From: Haplodiscus bocki
Taxonomy: Eukaryota
Assembly (NCBI GenBank): GCA_965655095.1
Contig: OZ296658.1
Span: forward strand, 24,738,001 to 24,802,000
Reading direction: 5' to 3'
Length of the DNA: 64,000 nt
Shown: piece by piece, positions 55,200-64,000 of the stretch
Layout: each line of letters starts with the position of its first letter
How positions within the stretch are numbered: the first letter of the stretch is position 1
Position numbers and translations under genes: made by a program
Notes under the pieces: generated by a model
What the model was told of the DNA's origin: nothing
Seen by the model: the letters and a program-made list of their open reading frames with translations, nothing else
Databases searched by the model: none

Positions 55200-55729
55200 T
55201 ACAATACTTCTGGTTATGTCTTCATTACCCGGTATTACTCTAATGGTCTCGATACTGCAACAGGACAGTCTAAGGCGATCTTCTTTGTATTTTTCTCTGA
55301 AGACTATCACGGTTTTTTGCGTTGACCTTCTTCAAAAGTCATTCATCTTGGACACCGAGACCAACAGGACTCACTGAACACGTGGATTCCAAGGGCACAG
55401 CCTACCCGAGAACCTCCCTCCAGACGACCAACGCCGTTACTCAAGAATGGAGCTTTCGCTGTCGTCTTTCACAAATTCATCTGCTATTCTGAGCTTTTTA
55501 ATGAAACTGAAGGCTATGTTGTAAATGATACGTGTTATTTGGAATTTTCTTTCTCTGGAACCCTCACAACAATCATCACGCTTCTATGTTTCATCCTTTT
55601 CTTTAGAACCCCCAAATCAATTCTCCTGTCTTTTCAGTGGGCTCAGTTATCGCGGTACGACTACAGCTTGAACCTTATTAAAAGTGAAGAAGCCTAAATT
55701 AAAATTAACGAAGAGTTAAAACTAACCTC
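55200..55729 (+). mobile_element. Third copy of the MATH-domain/LTR-start segment embedded in the satellite
   Basis: Near-identical to 51125-51655; shares its left junction with copy 2 and its right junction with copy 1. Confidence 0.9.
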
Positions 55730-58700
55730 ATCATCGAAATTAGTCAAATCAATTTAGGACTTAGCTGTGAAAACTTCATCATCGAACACATTCTAAGTCG
55801 AATCTTCACTTAGCCGCAAAATCCTCTTCCTCTAAAGTAATCTAAATAAAATCTAACCGAAATATGACATAGCCACAACATCCTCATCATCGAAATTATT
55901 ATAAATCATAATATGAACTAGCTGCAAAAACTTCTTCAACGAAATTTTTCTAAACCAAGTTATGACTTTGCCGCAGAATCCTCATTATCGACTTTGTTAT
56001 ATGTCAATTTATGACTCAGCTGCAACAACCTCATCATCGAAATTATTCGAAACTAAATCCCAACTCAGCCGCAAATCCTCTTCATCAAAACTATTCTAAA
56101 TCAAACTACGGCCTAAGTGCAGAATCCTCATCATCGAACCTAATCTCAGTCATTTCTTGACTCCACTGCAAAACCTTCATTATCGAATTTATCCTAAGTC
56201 AAACCTTGACTTGCCCGCAAAATTGTCTTCATCAAAACTATTGTAAATCAAATTATGACTTAGCTGCAGACTCCTCCTCATCGAAGTTAATCTCAGTCAA
56301 TTTATGACTCAGCTGCAAAATCTTCATCATTGAAATTAGTCTTAGTCAATTCGTAACTTTGCCGCAGAACCCTAATCATCGAAATTATTCCGAGTCAAAT
56401 AATGATTCAGCTGCAAAAACATTATCATCTACATAGTTCTCTGTCAAATCCTGACTTAGTTGCAAGACACTCTTCATCAAAACTATTCAATATCAATTTA
56501 TGAATTAGTCGCAGAACTCTCATCATCGAATTTGTTCTCAGTCAATTTATGAATCGGCTGCTAAAACTTCATTTTCGAAAATATTGTGAGTCAAATCTTG
56601 CCTTAGCTGCAAAATCTTCTCCACCAAAACTAATCGAAAACAAATTGTGACTTAGTCGCAGAGTCCTCATCATCGAAATTGTTTCAAATCAAACTATGTC
56701 TCAGCCGCAAAAACTATATCATCTAAATCAATATAAATCAAACCTTGACTTAGCCGCAAAAGTTTCATCATCAGAATTTTTCTAAGTCAAATCCTGACTA
56801 AGCCGCAAAAACTTCTTCATCAAAACAATTCTAAATCAAATTATGACTTAGCTGCAAACCCTCTTCATCAATGTTTTTCTTAATCAATTTATGACTTAGC
56901 CTCAGAATGCTCATCATCGAATGTCTTCTCACTCAATTTATGACTCAGCTGCAAAAACTTCATTATCGAAATTATCGTAATTCAAATCTCGACTTAGCCA
57001 CAAAATCCTATCCATCAAAGCTGTTCCAAAATAAATTGTGACTCAGCCGCAGAGTAATCAATATCGAAACAACTCTCAGTCAAACAATGACTCAGACGCT
57101 AAAACATTATCAACTAAATTAATCCAAATCAAACCTTTACTTAATCGCAAAATCTTCTGCATCAAACTCAATTCATATGACTGAGCCGCAGACTCCTCAG
57201 CATCGAATTTAATCTCAGTCAATTTAGTGCTCAGCTGCAAAATCTTCGTCATCGAATTTAGTCCCAGTCAAATCCCAACTGAGCCGCAAAATCCTCATCA
57301 TCGAATTTAGTCTTAACCACATCAAAAAATGAGTCAGCCGCAAAAACTTCATCATCAAAGTTTTATCTAATTCAAATTCTGATATGGCCAAAAATCCTCT
57401 TCATCAAAACTATTCCTCATCAAATTAGGACTTAGCCGCAGAATCCTCATCATGGAGTTTTTTCTCAGTCAAATATGACCCAGCCGCAGCTGCAAAAACA
57501 TCATCATCGAAGTTATTCGAAACCAAATCCCAACTCAGCTGCAAAATCCTCATCAACAAAACTATTCTAAATCCAATTACGGCTTAGTTGCATCCTCATC
57601 ATCGAACATAATCTCAGTCACTTTAGAAATCAACTGCAAAATCTTCATTACCGAATTTATTCTAAGTCAAATCCCAACTCAGCCGCAAAATCCTCATCAT
57701 TGAAGTTATTCAAAACCAAATTATGACTCAGCCCCAAAAATTTCATCATCTAGTTGACTTTATCATCTAGCCGATGTTTGACTTAGCTGCCGAATACTCA
57801 TCATCGAGTTTATTCTCAGTCAAAATATGACTCAGCTGCAAAATCCTCAACGTCCAAAATATTCCAGATGAAAGTTTTACTTAGCTGTAAAAACTTCATC
57901 ATCGAAATTACTCTAGATCACACTTTGATTCAGCTGCAAATTTTCATCATCGAACTTATTCTATGTCGAATCGTAACTTAGCCGCAAAATCCTCTTTTTC
58001 CAAATCGTTTTACATCAATATATGCCTCAGCCGCAAAAACATCAGCATCTAAAATTATATCTGTTAAGTCAGAACTCAGCTGCAAAATCCTAATCGTCGA
58101 ATTTATTCCAAATCAAATTCTGACTTAGCTGCAAAAACTTCATCATCGAAATTATTCAAAATCAATTTATGACTCAACCGCAAAATTCTAATCATCTAAA
58201 TGATTCTAGGTCAAACTCTGACTTAGCAGCAGAATCTTCTTCATCAAAATCATTCTAAATCACTTTGTGACTCAGACGCAAAATCGTCTTCATCTAAATT
58301 ATTCTACGTCAGATTAAGACTCCGCCGCAAAATCCTAATCAACGAATTTTTTCCAAATCAAATTATGATTTATCAGCAAAAACATTATCATCAAAAATAA
58401 TCTGAGTCAAATCCTGACTTGGCTGATAAATCGTCTTCATCTAAATTATTCTACGTCAGATTAAGACTCCGCCGCAAAATCCTAATCAACGAATTTTTTC
58501 CAAATCAAATTATGACTTATCAGCAAAAACATTATCATCAAAAATAATCTGAGTCAAATCCTGACTTGGCTGATAAATCGTCTTCATCTAAATTATTCTA
58601 CGTCAGATTAAGACTCCGCCGCAAAATCCTAATCAACGAATTTTTTCCAAATCAAATTATGATTTTTCAGCAAAAACATTATCATCTAAAATAATCTGAG

Positions 58701-61700
58701 TCAAATCCTGACTTGGCTGCAAAATCGTCTTCATCTAAGTTATTCTATGTCAAATTACGACTCAGCCGCAAAAACTGCATCAACGAAGTTTTATCTAATT
58801 CAATTTCTGATATGGCCGCAAAATCTTCTTCATCAAAACTATTCCACATCAACTTAGGACTTAGCCGCAGAATCCTCATCATCGAGTTTTTTCTCAGTCA
58901 AATATGACCCAGCTGCAGCTGCAAAAACATCATCATCGAAACTATTCGAAACCAAATCCCAACTCAGCTGCAAAATCATCTTCATCAAAACTCTTCTAAA
59001 TCAAATTACGTCTTAGTTGCAGCATCCTCATCATCGAACATAATCTCGGTCATATTATGACTCAACTGCAAAATCTTCAATATCGAATTTATTCTAAGTC
59101 AAGTCCAAACTTAGCCGAAAAATCTTCATCATTGAATTTATTCAAAGCCAAAAAATGACTCAGCCCCAAAAGTTTCATCATCTAGTTGACTTTATCATCT
59201 AGCCAATGTTTGACTTAGCTGCCGAATCCTCATCATCGAGTTTAGTCTCAGTCTAGTTATGACTCAACCGACAAATCCTCATCATCCAAATTATTCCAAA
59301 TGAAAATATTACATACCTGCAAAAACTTCATCATCGAAATTATTCTAAATCACACTTTGACTTTGCTGCAGATTTACATCATCGAACTTATTCTATGTCA
59401 AATCCTAACTTAGCCGCAAAATCCTCATTTTCCAAATCGTTTTACATCAATATATGCCTCAGCCGGAAAAACATCAGCATCTAAAATTATATCTGTTAAG
59501 TCAGAACTCAGCTGCAAAATCCCAATCGTCGAATATATTCCAAATCAAATTCTGACTTAGCTGCAAAAACTTCATCATCGAAACTATTCAAAATCAATTT
59601 ATGACTCAACCGCAAAATTCTAATCATCTAAATGAATCTAGGTCAAACTCTGACTTGGCAGCAGAATCTTCTTCATCAAAATCATTCTAAATCACTTTGT
59701 GACTCAGACGCAAAATCGTCTTCATCTAAATTATTCTACATCAGATTAAGACTCCGCCGCAAAATCCTAATCAACGAATTTTTTCAAATCAAATTATGAC
59801 TTATCAGCAAAAACATTATCATCAAAAATAATCTGAGTCAAATCCTGACTTGGCTGATAAATCGTCTTCATCTAAATTATTCTACGTCAGATTAAGACTC
59901 CGCCGCAAAATCCTAATCAACGAATTTTTTCCAAATCAAATTATGATTTTTCAAGCAAAAACATTATCATCTAAAATAATCTGAGTCAAATCCTGACTTG
60001 GCTGCAAAATCGTCTTCATCTAAGTTATTCTATGTCAAATTACGACTCAGCCGCAAAAACTGCATCAACAAAGTTTTATCTAATTCAATTTCTGATATGG
60101 CCGCAAAATCTTCTTCATCAAAACTATTCCACATCAAATTAGGACTTAGCCGCAGAATCCTCATCATCGAGTTTTTTCTCAGTCAAATATGACCCAGCTG
60201 CAGCTGCAAAAACATCATCATCGAAACTATTCGAAACCAAATCCCAACTCAGTTGCAAAATCATCTTCATCAAAACTCTTCTAAATCAAATTACGTCTTA
60301 GTTGCAGCATCCTCATCAACGAACATAATCTCGGTCATATTATGACTCAACTGCAAAATCTTCATTATCGAATTTATTCTAAGTCAAATCCCAACTTAGC
60401 CGCAAAATCCTCATCATCGAATTTAGTCTAAACCAAATCAAACTATTAGTCAGCCGCAAAAACATCATCATCGAAAATTTTCGGAGTCAAACATTACAGC
60501 AGCCGCAAAATCCTCTACATCAAAACTATTCTGAATCAAATTACGACATAGCCGCAGAATCCTCATCTTTCAAGTAATCCCAAGACAAAATATGACTTAG
60601 CTGCAAAAAACATCATCATCAAAAAATTTCTCAGTCAAATCCTGACTTAGTCGCAAAACAATCTCCATCAAAACTATTCTATATCAAATTATGAATTAGC
60701 CGCAGAATCCTCATAATCGATTTTATTCTCAGTCTAGTTATGACTCAACCGACAAATCCTCATCTTCCGAATTATTCCAAATGAAAATATTACATACCTG
60801 CAAAAACTTCATCATCGAAATTATTCTAAATCACACTTTGACTTTGCTGCAGATTTACATCATCGAACTTATTCTACGTCAAATCCTAACTCAGCTGCAA
60901 AATGCTAATCGTCGAATATATTCCAAATCAAATTCTGACTAAGCTGCAAAATCTTCATCATCGAAACTATTCAAAATCAATTTATGACTCAATCGCAAAA
61001 TTTTAATCATCTAAATGAATCTAGGTCAAACCCTGACTTGGCAGCAGAATCTTCTTCATCAAAATCATTCTAAATCACTTTGTGACTCAGACGCAAAATC
61101 GTCTTCGTCTAAATTATTCTACGTCAGATTAAGACTCCGCCGCAAAATCCTAATCAATGAATTTTTTCCATATCAAATTATGATTTATCAGCAAAAACAT
61201 TATCATCTAAAATAATCTGAGTCAAATCCTGACTTGGCTGCAAAATCGTCTTCATCTAAGTTATTCTATGTCAAATTACGACTCAGCCGCAAAAACTACA
61301 TCAACAAAGTTTTATCTAATTCAATTTCTGATATGGCCGCAAAATCTTCTTCATCAAAACTATTCCACATCAACTTAGGACTTAGCCGCAGAATCCTCAT
61401 CATCGAGTTTTTTCTCAGTCAAATATGACCCAGCTGCAGCTGCAAAAACATCATCATCGAAACTATTCGAAACCAAATCCCAACTCAGCTGCAAAATCCT
61501 CATCATTGAAATTATTCAAAACCAAAATATGACTCAGCCGCAAAAATTTCATCATCTAGCTGACTTCATCATCTAGCTAATGTTTCACTTAGCTGCCGAA
61601 TCCTCTTCATCGAGTTTATTCTCAGTCAAGTTATGACTCAACCGACAAATCCTCATCATCCAACTTATTCCAAATGAAAAAATTACATACCTGCAAAAAC

Positions 61701-64000
61701 TTCATCGTCGAAATTATTCTAAATAACACTTTGACTTTGCTGCAGATTTACATCGTCGAACTTATTCTATGTCAAATCCTAACTTAGCCGCAAAATCTTC
61801 ATTTTCCAAATCGTTTTACATCAATATATGCCTCAGCCGCAAAACATCAGCATCTAAAATTATATCTGTCAAGTCAGAACTCAGCTGCAAAATCCTCATA
61901 ATCGAATATATTCCGAATCAAATTCTGACTTAGCTGCAAAAACTTCGTCATCGAAGTTAATCTAAATCAATTTTTGACTCAACCACAAAATTCTAATCAT
62001 CTAAATGAATCTAGGTCAAATTCTGACTTGGCAGCAGAATCTTCTTCATCAAATTTAATCTAAATCAAATTGTGACTCAGCTGCAAAATCGTCTTCATCT
62101 AAGTTCTTCTATGTCAACTTACGACTCAGCCGAAAAATCCTCATCATGGAAATTATTCCGAATGAATATATGAGTTGGTTGCAAAAACATTGTCATCTAA
62201 ATTAATCTAAGTCAAATCCTGACTTATCTGCAAAATCCTCTTCAACAAAACTACTTTAAATCAAATTATGCCTCAGCCGCAAAAACGTCAGCATCTAAAT
62301 TATTCTCTGTCAAGTCAGGACTTAGCTGAAAATCCTCATAGTCGAATTTAACCCAAATCAAATTATGACTTATCTGCAAAAACTTCATCATCGAAATTAT
62401 TCTGAATCAAGTTATGACTGAGCGGAAAAATTCTCCTCATTTAAAAGAATATAGGTCAAATTCTGACATAGCAGCAGAAACTTCTCCATCAAAATCATTC
62501 CAAATCACATTGTGACTCAGACGCAAAATCGTCTTCATCTAAATTATTCTAGTCAGGTTAAGCCTCAGCCGCAAAAGCCTAATCAACGAATTTTTTCCAA
62601 ATCAAATTATGATTTATCAGCAAAAACATTATCATCTAAAAAAATCTGAGTCAAATCCAGACTTGGCTGCGAAATCCTCTTCATCAAAGGTTTTCTAAAT
62701 GAAATTTTGACTTAGCCGCAAATCTTCATCATCGAATTTAATCTCAGTCAGTTTATGACTCAGTTGTAAAATCTTCATTATCGAATTTATTCTCAGTCAA
62801 ATTCTAATTTAGCCGCAAAATCCTCTTCATCAAAGCTATTCCAAACCAAATTTTGACTTAGCCGCAGAATCTTCATCAACGAATTTATTCTTGGTCAAAT
62901 ATTGACTTAGCTGCAAAACCTTCTTCATCAAGACTATTCCAAATCAGAACACGACATAGCACCAGAAGCCTCACCTTCGAAATTATTCAAAGTCAGTTTA
63001 CGACTGAGCTGTAAAAACGTCATAATCAAAGAAACTCTCTGTCAAATCCTAACTTAGTCAAAAAACCTTTTTCGTCAAAACGTTTCAAAATCAAAACATG
63101 AATTGGCACCAGAATCCACATCTTCGAATTTATTCCAAGTCAAATTGTGACAAATCTGCAAAACACCATCATCAGAATAATTCTCAGTCAAATCCTGACT
63201 GATTCGCGAAACCTTCTACATCAAAACTATTCCATATCAAATTATGAATTAGCCGCAGAATCATCGTCAAAGACTTTATTCTCAGTCAAATTAAGACTTA
63301 GCTGGAAAATCCTCCACGTCCAAGTTGTTCCAAATGAAATTTTCACTTAGCTGTAAAAACTTCATCATCGAGATTACTCTAGATCACACTTTGAATTAGC
63401 TGCAAATTTTCAGCATCGAACTTATTCTATGTCGAATCCTAACTTAGCCGCAAAATCCTCATTTTCGAAATCCTTCTAAGACAAATAATACCTCAGCCGC
63501 AAAAACGTCAGCATCTAAATTATTCCCTGTCAAGACAGGACTCAGCTGCAAAATACTCGTCGTCGAATAAATTTAAATCAAATTATGACTCAGCTGCAAA
63601 AACTTGATCATCGAAATTAATTTGAATCAAGTTAAGACTGAGTTGAAAAATTCTCCTCATTTAAATGATTATAGGTCAAATTCTGACTTAGCAGCAGAAT
63701 CCTCTTCATCAAAATTATTCTAAATACCTTTGTGATTCAGACGCGAAATCGTCTTCATCTAATTTATTCTATATCAATTTACGAGGCAGCCGTGAATTTC
63801 TCATCATCGAATTTAATTTGAGTCAATTTCTTACTCAGCTGCAAAATCTTCATCATCGAATTTAGTCTAAGTCATTTCCTAACTTAGCCACAAAATACTC
63901 ATCATTGCATTTATTCTGAACCAAATTTTGACTCAGCCGCAAAAACTTCATCATCGAAACTCTTTAAAGCCAGATTATGACTCAGCCGATAAAACCTCAT

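Larger units (their letters stand above)
50041..64000. repeat. 49-bp satellite array with higher-order repeats
   Basis: Monomer approximately GACTTAGCCGCAAAATCCTCATCATCGAAATTATTCTAAGTCAAATTAT; starts at 50069, 50118, 50167 (period 49); runs to the window end, roughly 250 diverged monomers. Confidence 0.97.

Noticed and set aside
49634-55325. TGA at a conserved Trp as alternative genetic code or readthrough
   Set aside because: TGG>TGA/TAG decay and frameshifts are pervasive in these elements, and the receptor exon uses TGA as its stop; the shared TGA is explained by duplication after mutation.
50953-63350. Repeated short ORFs (MAAESLSS..., MAAKSSSS...)
   Set aside because: Chance frames in a 49-bp repeat that is not a multiple of 3; in 50953 and 55027 the real MATH homology is in a different frame.
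50041-64000. CRISPR-like array
   Set aside because: The whole 49-bp unit is homologous between copies with no unique spacers, there are no cas genes, and the context is eukaryotic; it is a satellite.

Overview
Repeat-dense animal (invertebrate-type) genomic DNA, not prokaryotic, with a 200-N assembly gap at 18216-18415. Left of the gap are two host genes: the last two coding exons of a copine (+ strand, 758-892 and 7053-7283, with a decayed near-full-length CR1-type LINE in the 6.2-kb intron) and the terminal exon of a non-alpha nicotinic-type Cys-loop receptor subunit (- strand, 17235-17977). Old tandem repeats, a foldback element, a LINE RT fragment and a solo-LTR-like element lie between them. 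Right of the gap almost everything is decayed mobile or viral DNA. (i) A ~14-kb Polinton/Maverick (adintovirus-like) remnant with pPolB, major capsid, packaging ATPase, penton and cysteine protease but no recognisable integrase. (ii) A second pPolB fragment joined directly to (iii) a 5'-truncated Ty3/Gypsy element with pol, an antisense ORF, a chuvirus/herpes-gB-type envelope gene and a TRAF-like coiled-coil + MATH gene just before its 3' LTR. (iv) A ~14-kb 49-bp satellite with higher-order structure, containing two further copies of the MATH/LTR segment. All protein calls come from manual translation and motif recognition; no database searches were run, and boundaries of decayed elements are approximate.
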